The translations under genes and the position numbers were made by a program. From NCBI GenBank assembly GCA_012965625.1, contig DTSC01000164.1, positions 1 to 33,225 of the forward strand: a stretch of DNA of 33,225 nt, in the 5' to 3' direction. Shown one piece after another: positions 17,388 to 27,210 of the stretch. Below the pieces are notes generated by a model that ran no database searches, was not told the origin of the DNA, and saw only the letters and a list, made by a program, of their open reading frames with translations. Numbering within the stretch: position 1 is the first letter of the stretch; the number at the start of each line of letters is the position of its first letter. The stretch comes from Flavobacteriales bacterium (GTDB lineage Bacteria > Bacteroidota > Bacteroidia > NORP154).

Positions 17388-18347
17388 ATGGGTAATAAAC
17401 TGGCAGTAGTAGCACTTGGCGGTAACGCTTTATTGCGTGATAATCAAGAAGGGACAGTAGAAGAACAGGAAGCCAATGCTACAGCTACACTAATAAACCT
17501 GCTCTTCTTAATTAAAGATGGATACGATCTGGTTATCACACATGGTAATGGTCCGCAAGTAGGAAACCTTCTCATGAGGAATGATGCTGGAGAGCAAATT
17601 TATGGTATTCCACAAATGCCACTGGATATCTGTGTTGCAGAATCACAGGGGGAAATCGGATTTATGATTGAGAGGATGTTAAGAAATATATTGAAGAAAA
17701 ATAATATTGATAAAGATATTTTAACCTTAGTAACTCAAGTCATTGTTGATGAAAATGATCCGGCATTAGCGAACCCAACAAAACGAATTGGAAGGACTTA
17801 TTCAAAAAAAGAGGCAGACACCCTTTCAAAAGAAAAAGGTTGGACTTTTAAGGAGAGTTCGAAACAAAAGGGTGGTTGGAGGAGGGTTGTCGCTTCACCT
17901 CGGCCGATCCAGATATTTAATAGAAAGACTATAGGCCAGATAGCCAGGCAGGGATCGATTGTGATTGCTGCAGGTGGTGGTGGCATTCCAGTTTACAAAG
18001 ACAAAAATGGATTGTTGCGTCCTGTTGAAGGTGTGATTGATAAAGACTATGCCTCTTCGCTTCTAGCTACGCGAATAAAAGCAGATGAGCTTTACATTTT
18101 AACGGATGTTCCATACGTTTACTTAAATTATAATCAGAAAAATGAGAAAATTGTAGAGTTTCTGGATCATAAGGATCTAATGCGATATTTGGAAACTGGA
18201 CAATTTGGAGAAGGCAATATGGCTCCAAAGATAAAAGCTGCCCTATATTTTATTGAGAATGGCGGTGCAAAGTCTGTAATTACAGAAGCTACTAAGCTTG
18301 CCGATAGAAGCTATGGAACAAAGATAACCATGAAGTATGAAAATTGA
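17388..18347 (+). CDS. arcC: Carbamate kinase
   Basis: 'LAVVALGGNALL', 'ITHGNGPQVGNLL', 'PLDICVAESQGEIGF', 'IAAGGGGIPV' and 'VIDKDYASSLLA' match carbamate kinases. Confidence 0.92.
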   Translation: MGNKLAVVALGGNALLRDNQEGTVEEQEANATATLINLLFLIKDGYDLVITHGNGPQVGNLLMRNDAGEQIYGIPQMPLDICVAESQGEIGFMIERMLRNILKKNNIDKDILTLVTQVIVDENDPALANPTKRIGRTYSKKEADTLSKEKGWTFKESSKQKGGWRRVVASPRPIQIFNRKTIGQIARQGSIVIAAGGGGIPVYKDKNGLLRPVEGVIDKDYASSLLATRIKADELYILTDVPYVYLNYNQKNEKIVEFLDHKDLMRYLETGQFGEGNMAPKIKAALYFIENGGAKSVITEATKLADRSYGTKITMKYEN

Positions 18348-18375
18348 ATACTAAGAACTGTAAAGAAAAAAATTA

Positions 18376-19380
18376 ATGAAAAATATATTAAAGAACAGGC
18401 ATTTTCTCAAATTATTGGACTTCTCTCAAGAAGAGATCATTTATTTACTAGAACTATCAGCAGCTCTTAAACAAGCAAAAAAAGATGGAAATGAGATTAA
18501 AAGACTAATAGGCAAGAACATAGCACTTATTTTTGAAAAATCTTCTACAAGAACTAGGTGTGCATTTGAAGTTGGAGCCTATGATCAAGGAGCGCAGGTA
18601 ACATATCTGGGTCCATCGGGTTCTCAAATTGGTCAAAAGGAATCTATGAAAGATACTGCAAGGGTATTGGGCAGAATGTATGATGGAATACAATACCGTG
18701 GTTTTGGTCAGAATGTTGTAGAAGAATTGGCAGCCTATGCTGGAGTTCCTGTTTGGAATGGGCTCACTGATGAATATCACCCAACCCAGATCCTTGCAGA
18801 TCTGTTAACTATGCAAGAGCATTGCAATAAACCACTAAATGAGCAGGCCTTCTGCTATTTAGGAGATGCAAGAAATAACATGGGTAATTCATTAATGATA
18901 GGGGCAGCAAAAATGGGGATGGACTTTAGAGCAGCAGCTCCTGCAGAAGTTCAGCCTGAATTAGAATTAATTAAAACTGCCAGAGAAATTGCTAATCAGA
19001 CTGGTGGTTCAATTACTATTACAGACCAGGTTGAGCCAGCAGTAAGAAATTGTGACTTCCTATGCACCGATGTATGGGTCTCAATGGGAGAACCTGAAGA
19101 GGTTTGGAAGGAAAGAATTGATTTACTCCAGAAGTACCAGATAAACAGAAAGGTCATGGAACTTACCGGAAATTCAAATACCAAATTCCTGCATTGTCTT
19201 CCCGCCTTTCACAACAGGGACACCAAAGTTGGTGAGAGCATCTACCAAAAATTCGGGCTTGATGGTTTGGAGGTTACTGAAGAAGTTTTTGAATCAGAGG
19301 CCTCAGTAGTTTTCGACGAAGCAGAAAATCGCGTACACACCATAAAAGCCGTAATGGTTGCGACCTTAGGTAGTATGTAA
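18376..19380 (+). CDS. argF: Ornithine carbamoyltransferase (canonical; closest in my memory to catabolic ArcB / ArgI-type enzymes)
   Basis: '[13 protein letters not shown]', 'HPTQILADL', 'DVWVSMGEP' (SMG loop), 'HCLPAFH'. Long stretches parallel P. aeruginosa ArcB as I remember it ('[25 protein letters not shown]'). Confidence 0.93.
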   Translation: MKNILKNRHFLKLLDFSQEEIIYLLELSAALKQAKKDGNEIKRLIGKNIALIFEKSSTRTRCAFEVGAYDQGAQVTYLGPSGSQIGQKESMKDTARVLGRMYDGIQYRGFGQNVVEELAAYAGVPVWNGLTDEYHPTQILADLLTMQEHCNKPLNEQAFCYLGDARNNMGNSLMIGAAKMGMDFRAAAPAEVQPELELIKTAREIANQTGGSITITDQVEPAVRNCDFLCTDVWVSMGEPEEVWKERIDLLQKYQINRKVMELTGNSNTKFLHCLPAFHNRDTKVGESIYQKFGLDGLEVTEEVFESEASVVFDEAENRVHTIKAVMVATLGSM

Positions 19381-19391
19381 TAGCTTAAAAG

Positions 19392-20627
19392 CTACTCAAA
19401 ACTATTAATAGTGGTGGCTATAATATCCACACACTCCATCAGCTGTTCCTCCGTTATCACTAAAGGTGGCGCAAAGCGAATAATATCATTATGAGTAGGT
19501 TTAGCCAGAAGGCCATTCTCTTTAAGGGCCAGGCAAACATCCCAGGCCACTTTACCATTCTTAGGTTGAATCACTATAGCATTCAATAATCCCTTTCCTC
19601 TTACCAAGGTAATCATATCTGAATCTATCTTCCCCAACTCTTCTCTCAAAATGTTGCCAAGGTATTCAGATCTATTAGCCAAATCTTCATCTTTTATGAC
19701 CTCTAAAGCTGCTATTGCCACCTTACATGCAATCGGATTCCCACCAAAGGTAGATCCATGCTCCCCAGGTTTTATAACAAGCATTATATCATCATTGGCA
19801 AACACTGCAGAAACTGGAAACAAGCCGCCAGAGATAGCCTTGCCTAATATCAATACATCCGGCTTAACCCCTTCGTGGTCACATGCCAATAGTTTGCCTG
19901 TTCTGGCAATTCCCGTTTGAACCTCGTCTGCTACAAAGAGGACATTTTTTTTCTTACAGATCGCATGGGCCCTCTTTAAATAACCTTCTGCGGGAACATA
20001 AACTCCAGCTTCTCCCTGGATAGGTTCTACCATAAAGGCACATACATTTGGGTCTTCAAGTTCTTTTGACAAGGCATCCAAATCATCATAAGGAATAGAA
20101 ATAATTCCAGGCGTAAATGGCCCAAAATCATCTATAGCTTCAGGATCGTTAGAAGCTGAAATAATAGTAATGGTTCTTCCATGAAAATTATTTTGGCAAA
20201 CAATAATCTTTGCTTGGTTCTGAGGGATGCCTTTTACCTTATATCCCCATTTTCTCACCAACTTTAAAGCTGTTTCAACACCCTCAGCACCTGTATTCAT
20301 AGGCAATACCCGATCAAAACCAAAATATTCTGTTACGTACTTCTCATATTCATAAAGACAATCATTATAAAATGCCCTGGAAGTAAGTGCTAAGCGCCCT
20401 GCCTGGTCTGTCATTGCTTTGACAATCTTGGGGTGGCAATGACCTTGGTTTAAGGCAGAATAGGCTGAGAGGAAATCAAAGTACTTTCTACCTTCAACAT
20501 CCCATACATAAACACCCTCCCCTTTTGACAATACGACCGGAAGAGGATGATAGTTATGAGCACCATACTTATCTTCCATTTTCATAATGTCATCAGAGCT
20601 CAACTTTGATTTTAATACACTTTCCAT
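19392..20627 (-). CDS. rocD: Ornithine--oxo-acid aminotransferase
   Basis: 411 aa class-III aminotransferase. '[12 protein letters not shown]', '[18 protein letters not shown]', '[11 protein letters not shown]', 'LGKAISGG' (PLP lysine), 'HGSTFGGNP'. Confidence 0.9.
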   Translation of the reverse strand: MESVLKSKLSSDDIMKMEDKYGAHNYHPLPVVLSKGEGVYVWDVEGRKYFDFLSAYSALNQGHCHPKIVKAMTDQAGRLALTSRAFYNDCLYEYEKYVTEYFGFDRVLPMNTGAEGVETALKLVRKWGYKVKGIPQNQAKIIVCQNNFHGRTITIISASNDPEAIDDFGPFTPGIISIPYDDLDALSKELEDPNVCAFMVEPIQGEAGVYVPAEGYLKRAHAICKKKNVLFVADEVQTGIARTGKLLACDHEGVKPDVLILGKAISGGLFPVSAVFANDDIMLVIKPGEHGSTFGGNPIACKVAIAALEVIKDEDLANRSEYLGNILREELGKIDSDMITLVRGKGLLNAIVIQPKNGKVAWDVCLALKENGLLAKPTHNDIIRFAPPLVITEEQLMECVDIIATTINSFE

Positions 20628-20663
20628 GATTAACAGATTTAATTTATTAATAATAAATTTTAA

Positions 20664-21437
20664 TTAATAGAATACAGACAGGCAAGTCAACGAACCATCT
20701 CCAGCTCTAATCTGGGACATATCAATAGGATAGAGATTGAATCCTTTAGCAATCAAGGCCTTATGAACATTTGGATAGCCATCTGCAACCAAGACATCAT
20801 TCCCAAAACCAATTACATTAGCTCCATAAACTTCTTCCTCAGGAATCCAAAGCACCTCGGCACCCTTTGGGAAGCTATTCTCATCAAAATATACTTCTGG
20901 AGCTAATATCAATCCAGGTGCCGGCGAACTGGAGATACTTTTCAAATGCAACGCATTAGAAGGAATTTGGATCTCATGAACAGAATAACCCATTGGTGAC
21001 ACGAAATCTCGTAACTGCTTTGCTGCCTCCAAGTTGGTCCTTGTACTGATACCAACCAGAAATTTTTTACCAAACCTAATTACATCACCTCCATCCATTC
21101 TGGCTGGTGGCATCATTTTAGTAAGTTCAACATTTTTACTCAAGGCATCAGCAATAATTTTCTGTTCACCAACCCTTGTATCATGTCCAGAGACTGTTAA
21201 TAATCCTTTACCTTCACAAATTACTACCTGATCCTCTACAAAACAACAATCAGGATAATCATTGTCTGCAGCTAGTTCCTTTACTTCAACACCAAACTTC
21301 CGTAAAGAACCCACATAAATTGAATGCTGCCTCTTTGCTTCTTCAACATCAGTTGGCCCTGTTCCAAAGTAGACAGATATTGCTTGATCATAGGTATCAG
21401 CTATTCCTCTAACTATTGCTCTCCTTTTATCATCCAT
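20664..21437 (-). CDS. DDAH-like amidinohydrolase (guanidino-group-modifying enzyme superfamily; dimethylarginine dimethylaminohydrolase / arginine deiminase-related)
   Basis: 257 aa, colinear with P. aeruginosa DDAH as I recall it. 'CCFVEDQVV' (Asp), 'ALHLKS' (His) and the C-terminal catalytic Cys in 'GDGSLTCLSVFY'. Confidence 0.8.
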   Translation of the reverse strand: MDDKRRAIVRGIADTYDQAISVYFGTGPTDVEEAKRQHSIYVGSLRKFGVEVKELAADNDYPDCCFVEDQVVICEGKGLLTVSGHDTRVGEQKIIADALSKNVELTKMMPPARMDGGDVIRFGKKFLVGISTRTNLEAAKQLRDFVSPMGYSVHEIQIPSNALHLKSISSSPAPGLILAPEVYFDENSFPKGAEVLWIPEEEVYGANVIGFGNDVLVADGYPNVHKALIAKGFNLYPIDMSQIRAGDGSLTCLSVFY

Positions 21438-21605
21438 GATAAAATATAAAAAAGGGAATTACATACCTGTTATAGTGGATTTTTCCCTGTATTTTTGCAA
21501 TTTATTTTCTAATTTAATTAATTGCTTTTTTTAATTTTAATATTAAATAATTTGGCAACGCGAAAATAGAATTTAAACTCATCAACTCAAAGATTATTTA
21601 TTAAT

Positions 21606-23384
21606 ATGAAACTAGAAGCACTGCTATTAAATGCAACTATCAAAGGTTTGAAAGGTTTATTTGATGTACAAGTTCCAGAAAAGCAAATAAATTTTCAAAA
21701 AACAAGAAAGGACTTCAAAGGAGATATTACGTTGCTCACATTCCCATTTGCCAGCTTATCAAGAAAATCCCCTGAAGAAACCGGAGAGATTTTAGGTGCG
21801 TATTTTGTAAAAAATATAGATGAGGTAGCAAGTTTTAATGTCATTAAAGGGTTTTTAAATCTGGAGATTTCAGATTCCTATTGGTTGAATTTCCTTAAGT
21901 CAATATTTGAGAGAGAAAATTATGGTATTGCAACGCCCAAGTCTGGAAAAACCATAATGATTGAGTACTCACAACCCAATACCAATAAACCACTACACCT
22001 TGGGCATCTAAGAAATAATATGTTGGGTTATTCATTAGCCAATATACTTAAGGCAAATGGGCATAAAGTTATTATGGCCAACATTATTAATGACAGGGGA
22101 ATACATATATGCAAATCTATGCTTGCATGGCAGAAGTGGGGAAACGGTGAAACCCCTGAATCTTCTGACATAAAAGGTGATAAGCTTGTAGGCAGATATT
22201 ATGTGGAGTTTGATAAGAACTACAAAAAAGAAATACGTGAGCTGATGGAAGGCGGAATGGATGAGGAGGAAGCTAGCAAGAAAGCTCCCTTAATTATTGA
22301 AGCTCAAGAGATGCTCCAAAAATGGGAAGCCGGTGATTATGAAATTAAAGATCTTTGGAAGACAATGAACAGCTGGGTTTTAAAAGGTTTTGATCAAACT
22401 TATGATTATTTAGGTGTTTCTTTTGACGAATTATATTATGAATCTGACACCTATTTACTAGGCAAAGCACATGTTAATAATGGATTAAAAGATGGGATCT
22501 TTTATAAGAAAGAAGATGGCTCAATTTGGTGTGACTTGTCAGAATACAACCTGGATCCAAAACTTCTTTTACGATCAGATGGAACATCAGTATATATAAC
22601 TCAAGACATAGGTACTGCAATACAGCGCTTTGAAGATTATTCTTTGGATAGACAAATATATGTAGTAGGTGATGAACAGATCCATCATTTTAAAGTCTTG
22701 TTTGCTATCTTAAAAAAACTTGGATATTCCTGGGCAGATTCTAATTACCATTTATCCTATGGAATGGTTGAATTGCCCTCAGGGAAAATGAAATCAAGAG
22801 AAGGCACCATTGTAGATGCTGACGATATCATGGAAGAAATGGTGCAATCTGCACGTAGGGTTTCAGAAGAACTGGGTAAGCTTGATGATAAAGATGTTGC
22901 GGAAAAAGACTTATTGTACAAGCAAATAGGACTTGGGGCCTTAAAGTACTTTCTAACCCGTGTTGATCCAAAAAAGACCATGTTATTTAACCCTGAAGAG
23001 TCAATTGATTTTAATGGGAATACGGGTCCTTTTATTCAATATACCTTTACACGTATTAACTCTCTCCTGAAAAAGGCAAACGGAAGTTCTACAGATCTAT
23101 CAGATGCTTATTTACCAAATGCAAAAGAAAAGAATCTTATCAAATTAATATGTCAATTTCCAGAAATTATTGTTGAAGCAGGAGAGAGCCTTTCCCCTGC
23201 TATAATAGCTAATTACTGCTATGAACTGGCAAAAGAGTTTAATAATTTTTACCAAGCAGTCCCAATATTAAAGGATGAAGATAGAGATGCCGTATTGTTT
23301 AGATTAGCACTCTCAAAAGTTACAAGGATGGTGATAAAAACAGGGATGAACCTATTGGGAATTGAAATGCCCGAAAGAATGTAG
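21606..23384 (+). CDS. argS: Arginine--tRNA ligase
   Basis: 592 aa. Class I 'PNTNKPLHLGHLRN' (HIGH), 'GKMKSREG' (KMSKS-like), and a C-terminal DALR anticodon-binding region ending 'IEMPERM'. Confidence 0.97.
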   Translation: MKLEALLLNATIKGLKGLFDVQVPEKQINFQKTRKDFKGDITLLTFPFASLSRKSPEETGEILGAYFVKNIDEVASFNVIKGFLNLEISDSYWLNFLKSIFERENYGIATPKSGKTIMIEYSQPNTNKPLHLGHLRNNMLGYSLANILKANGHKVIMANIINDRGIHICKSMLAWQKWGNGETPESSDIKGDKLVGRYYVEFDKNYKKEIRELMEGGMDEEEASKKAPLIIEAQEMLQKWEAGDYEIKDLWKTMNSWVLKGFDQTYDYLGVSFDELYYESDTYLLGKAHVNNGLKDGIFYKKEDGSIWCDLSEYNLDPKLLLRSDGTSVYITQDIGTAIQRFEDYSLDRQIYVVGDEQIHHFKVLFAILKKLGYSWADSNYHLSYGMVELPSGKMKSREGTIVDADDIMEEMVQSARRVSEELGKLDDKDVAEKDLLYKQIGLGALKYFLTRVDPKKTMLFNPEESIDFNGNTGPFIQYTFTRINSLLKKANGSSTDLSDAYLPNAKEKNLIKLICQFPEIIVEAGESLSPAIIANYCYELAKEFNNFYQAVPILKDEDRDAVLFRLALSKVTRMVIKTGMNLLGIEMPERM

Positions 23385-23498
23385 GAATATATTTTATCTT
23401 GACAACACACCTCAGAAAAATCATATAATTTTTGTTAAATTTGGCAGAAATTCTCAACAGACAGAATAATTTGATTTAGTATTTAAATTCATAAGATC

Positions 23499-24839
23499 AT
23501 GTTTGATAATTTAAGTGAGAAGTTTGAAAGGGCGTTCAAGGTCTTAAAAGGTCATGGACAGATCACTGAGATCAATGTCGCGGAAACTTTAAAAGAAGTT
23601 AGAAGAGCTTTGATTGATGCTGATGTCAACTATAAGATTTCTAAAGAATTTACTGAGAGGATTAAAGAAAAAGCTCTTGGGCAAAATGTACTGACTGCCG
23701 TCGATCCAGGCCAGCTGATGGTGAAAATCACCCGAGATGAGCTTGCAAAGCTGATGGGCAGTGAACAAGCTGAAATTAACCTAACAGGTTCTCCATGTAT
23801 CATCTTGATTGCCGGACTGCAAGGTTCTGGGAAAACTACTTTCTCTGGAAAACTTGGAAACTATCTGAAATCAAAAAAAGGAAAAAACCCATTGCTAGCA
23901 GCATGTGATATTTATCGCCCTGCTGCTATTGACCAGCTTCACATAATTGGAGAACAAGTAGGTATTGAGGTTTATTCTGACAAAGAAAATAAAGATGTAG
24001 TATCAATTGCAAAAAAGGCTATTTCACAAGCTAAAGCAAATGCAAACGATGTTGTGATCATTGATACCGCAGGAAGATTGCATATTGATGAGCAGATGAT
24101 GACTGAAATAGCAGCCATTAAAAAAGAAGTGAGCCCTCATGAGTCGCTTTTTGTTGTTGATGCCATGACAGGACAGGACGCTGTTAATACCGCAAAAGCC
24201 TTCAACGATAAAATTGATTATGACGGAGTTGTCCTTACCAAGTTGGACGGTGATACAAGAGGTGGTGCCGCTCTTTCAATAAAATCAATTGTTGATAAGC
24301 CATTAAAGTTTGTTGGAACAGGAGAAAAATTAGACGCACTTGATGTGTTCCACCCAGACAGGATGGCTGACAGGATCCTCGGTATGGGCGATATTGTTTC
24401 ATTGGTTGAAAGAGCACATGATCAGTTTGATGAAGAGGAGGCAAGGAAAATGCAAAAGAAGTTTGCCAAGAACCAGTTTAACTTTGATGATTTCCTTAAG
24501 CAAATCAAGCAGGTGAAAAAGATGGGCAACTTAAAAGATCTGGTCGGAATGATCCCCGGAGCAGGAAAGGCCTTGAAAGATGTAGAGATAGATGATAATG
24601 CTTTTCAAGCAATTGAGGTAATCATCGGTTCAATGACCAATGAAGAAAGACAATATCCGCCGATCATCAATGGTTCAAGAAGAAAAAGAATTGCTACTGG
24701 CAGTGGCACTTCAGTTGAAGAAGTCAACAAGCTGATTAAGCAATTTAATGATATGGGTAAGATGATGAAGATGATGAGTGGAGGAAAGAATATGATGAAA
24801 AATATGCCAGGCATGAAGGGAATGATGCCTAAAATATAA
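23499..24839 (+). CDS. ffh: Signal recognition particle protein Ffh
   Basis: NG domain 'GLQGSGKTT', 'DTAGRL', 'TKLDGDTRGGAALS'. M domain with 'RILGMGDIVSLVE' and a Met-rich tail. Confidence 0.97.
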   Translation: MFDNLSEKFERAFKVLKGHGQITEINVAETLKEVRRALIDADVNYKISKEFTERIKEKALGQNVLTAVDPGQLMVKITRDELAKLMGSEQAEINLTGSPCIILIAGLQGSGKTTFSGKLGNYLKSKKGKNPLLAACDIYRPAAIDQLHIIGEQVGIEVYSDKENKDVVSIAKKAISQAKANANDVVIIDTAGRLHIDEQMMTEIAAIKKEVSPHESLFVVDAMTGQDAVNTAKAFNDKIDYDGVVLTKLDGDTRGGAALSIKSIVDKPLKFVGTGEKLDALDVFHPDRMADRILGMGDIVSLVERAHDQFDEEEARKMQKKFAKNQFNFDDFLKQIKQVKKMGNLKDLVGMIPGAGKALKDVEIDDNAFQAIEVIIGSMTNEERQYPPIINGSRRKRIATGSGTSVEEVNKLIKQFNDMGKMMKMMSGGKNMMKNMPGMKGMMPKI

Positions 24840-24845
24840 CCTTGT

Positions 24846-25739
24846 ATGGAGATGGAAACAACATACCAACTTCTTGATGGCAAAAAAACTTCCTCCAATA
24901 TTAAGGAAGAGCTGGCGATAGAAGTTAAGAAGATAAAGGAAGAAGGAGGGCAAATACCTCATCTTGCTGCAATACTGGTTGGTGACGACGGAGCAAGTGA
25001 AACTTATGTAAATGCAAAGGTAAAAGCCTGCGAACTAATAGGGTTCAAGTCTTCACTGTTCAGATATGATGCATCAATTAGCGAGTTGGAACTCCTAGCT
25101 AAAATAGAAGAGCTCAATAATGACTCCAGCCTGCACGGATTTATTGTACAATTACCCCTACCAGACCATATTGATGAGCAAAAAGTAACTGAAGCGGTGG
25201 CTCCCGAGAAAGACGTCGATGGTTTTCATCCTGAAAATGTAGGCAAGATGGCTCTTGATCTGCCAACTTTTGTTTCAGCTACTCCTTATGGAATCATGCA
25301 GCTCTTAGAACGTTATAATATAGAAACAGAAGGCAAGAATTGTGTAGTGATTGGAAGAAGTCATATTGTAGGATTGCCTATGAGTATATTAATGGCAAAA
25401 AAAGCATATCCAGGCAATTGTACTGTTACGGTTTGCCATAGCAGAACAAAGGACATCAAAGAATTCACAACAAAGGCAGATATTATAATTGTAGCACTGG
25501 GCAGTTCGGAATTTTTAACTGCCGATATGGTAAAAGAGGGAGTTACGGTAATTGATGTGGGCATTACCCGGATAAAAGATGAGTCTAAAAAATCTGGCTA
25601 TCGCTTGGTTGGTGATGTAAAATTTGATGAGGTAGCTGCAAAATCCTCTTATATTACTCCGGTTCCAGGTGGAGTTGGGCCTATGACAATTGCATCCCTG
25701 CTAATGAATACGCTTACTGCTGCAAAAAGAGCAAGCTAG
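24846..25739 (+). CDS. folD: Bifunctional methylenetetrahydrofolate dehydrogenase / methenyl-THF cyclohydrolase
   Basis: 'LLDGKK', '[18 protein letters not shown]', 'GFIVQLPLP', '[12 protein letters not shown]', '[12 protein letters not shown]', '[11 protein letters not shown]'. Confidence 0.96.
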   Translation: MEMETTYQLLDGKKTSSNIKEELAIEVKKIKEEGGQIPHLAAILVGDDGASETYVNAKVKACELIGFKSSLFRYDASISELELLAKIEELNNDSSLHGFIVQLPLPDHIDEQKVTEAVAPEKDVDGFHPENVGKMALDLPTFVSATPYGIMQLLERYNIETEGKNCVVIGRSHIVGLPMSILMAKKAYPGNCTVTVCHSRTKDIKEFTTKADIIIVALGSSEFLTADMVKEGVTVIDVGITRIKDESKKSGYRLVGDVKFDEVAAKSSYITPVPGGVGPMTIASLLMNTLTAAKRAS

Positions 25740-25750
25740 CATTCGTATTT

Positions 25751-27181
25751 CTATTGTACAATTAGCTTACCCGAAAAAATTTCCTCGCCGGACAAGGTGA
25801 AAAAATACATGCCAACATCAAGATTATTGGCAGATACAATTACTTTATTGCCCATAACATTCCTGTCTTCATACACTAACTTTCCAGTCATATCGAAAAC
25901 CTCCAAAACATAGTCGTTCCTAATATCACCTGATAAAATTATAGTAGTTTTATCTGTAAATGGGTTTGGAGATACTTCAATATTAACCTTCTCCCCTTCT
26001 AGCTCTTCATCACCAATGAACATGCAAAACTGGGCCCTTGTATCAATATATAGCTTTGCCCCAATTATGGCCGTCTGAGCACAGGGCCCATGATCTGAAG
26101 AACCGCCATTAATCAGCTCAACACTATCTGCTCCAGCCGCAATAAACGCATCATATGCAACTTGAGCATTCCCATAAGGAACCACCTGGTCACCAGAGCA
26201 ATGGACCATTCTTAGATATGATTGAGGCACCCAATCATAAACATCATTATCTGCAAGAGCCAACCTAAATGGATGATTGGGGTCGTTTAAATAATTATTG
26301 TAATAAGCTGTATCAATCATCTGGTTAATTACTGAAGGAAGTAAAGAATTAATGGTCCCCATGCCTGTTTGTCCATCAAAGACAGCATTTACAATAGAAT
26401 CATACGGTGGGATAAATACCTCCTGCAAACTGTTATATACGTCATATACCATATCATAACTTAAAGCAATATAGGGAAAATAGCCAGGCTGAGAATATGG
26501 GTCATTGCTCTCCATTACCAGACGCTGGACGCCAGACACATCATAAGGGCCTGCCATCGGTATTGTTACTGTAGGTGTAAATTCATTGGCATGATAAAGC
26601 TCTATTTCACGCAAGGCTGCCATGGTAGCATGCCCTCCCTGGGAATATCCCATCATAAAAAGCTGAGGATTGATCTCTATGTTAACGCTGTCACAAAAAG
26701 CCTTGCTGGCTCTCAGCATATCGAGTACTGCTGTAGCCTCTGATTTTGCATGAACATAAGGATGAAACCCAGGCCCATCCCCCATCCCTACATAATCCGT
26801 CATTGCAACCCTGTATCCTCCGGTAGCAGCGATGATACCAATAATTGCTTCCCCACCTAAATTTGAAGGCAAGGAAGCATGATCTGAGATGGTACCGTGC
26901 TGGTAAGCAACCAATGGCCCATTACAGGTATCATTTTTTGGAATAAACAAAGTGCCTGATGTATAGGTTGTCCCTCCAAGAGCATCCTGCGTTTCATAGA
27001 TCAATTTATAAATCTCGATGGGATATATGACATCTCCTGCGATATAAGGTGGTATTCCCGACGCAATATAAATAGAATCAACTTCTGCAATGGTATAAGA
27101 TGCCAACAACGTGTCGGAAAGCAATTGTGCCTGGCACCAGGTAGAGGTAATCATCAATAATAAGCTTAGCTTCACTCTCAT
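25751..27181 (-). CDS. Secreted alpha/beta-hydrolase (lipase/esterase-like) with T9SS C-terminal sorting domain
   Basis: Signal peptide and nucleophile elbow 'GYSQGGHA'. The last ~80 aa ('VSPNPFTDKTTII...LEVFDMTGKLVY...GMYFFTL...GKLIVQ') match the Por secretion tail pattern. Confidence 0.75.
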   Translation of the reverse strand: MRVKLSLLLMITSTWCQAQLLSDTLLASYTIAEVDSIYIASGIPPYIAGDVIYPIEIYKLIYETQDALGGTTYTSGTLFIPKNDTCNGPLVAYQHGTISDHASLPSNLGGEAIIGIIAATGGYRVAMTDYVGMGDGPGFHPYVHAKSEATAVLDMLRASKAFCDSVNIEINPQLFMMGYSQGGHATMAALREIELYHANEFTPTVTIPMAGPYDVSGVQRLVMESNDPYSQPGYFPYIALSYDMVYDVYNSLQEVFIPPYDSIVNAVFDGQTGMGTINSLLPSVINQMIDTAYYNNYLNDPNHPFRLALADNDVYDWVPQSYLRMVHCSGDQVVPYGNAQVAYDAFIAAGADSVELINGGSSDHGPCAQTAIIGAKLYIDTRAQFCMFIGDEELEGEKVNIEVSPNPFTDKTTIILSGDIRNDYVLEVFDMTGKLVYEDRNVMGNKVIVSANNLDVGMYFFTLSGEEIFSGKLIVQ

Positions 27182-27210
27182 ATATCAATTTTGAACCAAA
27201 ATTTACACTA

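Noticed and set aside
19381-19394. Palindrome TAGCTTAAAAGCTA between the convergent argF and rocD genes, as a possible bidirectional terminator
   Set aside because: The usable stem is only 4-5 bp, there are no flanking T/A tracts, and it overlaps the rocD stop codon. It is too weak to call.
16842-21437. Alternative reading of the cluster as an agmatine deiminase pathway (Arg decarboxylase, agmatine deiminase, putrescine carbamoyltransferase, carbamate kinase)
   Set aside because: The transcarbamylase carries the ornithine-type 'DVWVSMG' loop and closely resembles ArcB/ArgI. The amidinohydrolase is DDAH-sized (257 aa) rather than AguA-sized. An ornithine aminotransferase is co-transcribed with it. 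It is kept only as a caveat on substrate assignment.
23399-23429. Perfect sigma70-type hexamers TTGACA (23399-23404) and TATAAT (23424-23429) upstream of ffh
   Set aside because: The spacer is 19 nt, which is long. Bacteroidota primary sigma factors recognise TTTG/TAnnTTTG rather than -35/-10 hexamers. A TAAATTTG box (23436-23443) is also present. This is likely coincidence in AT-rich DNA.
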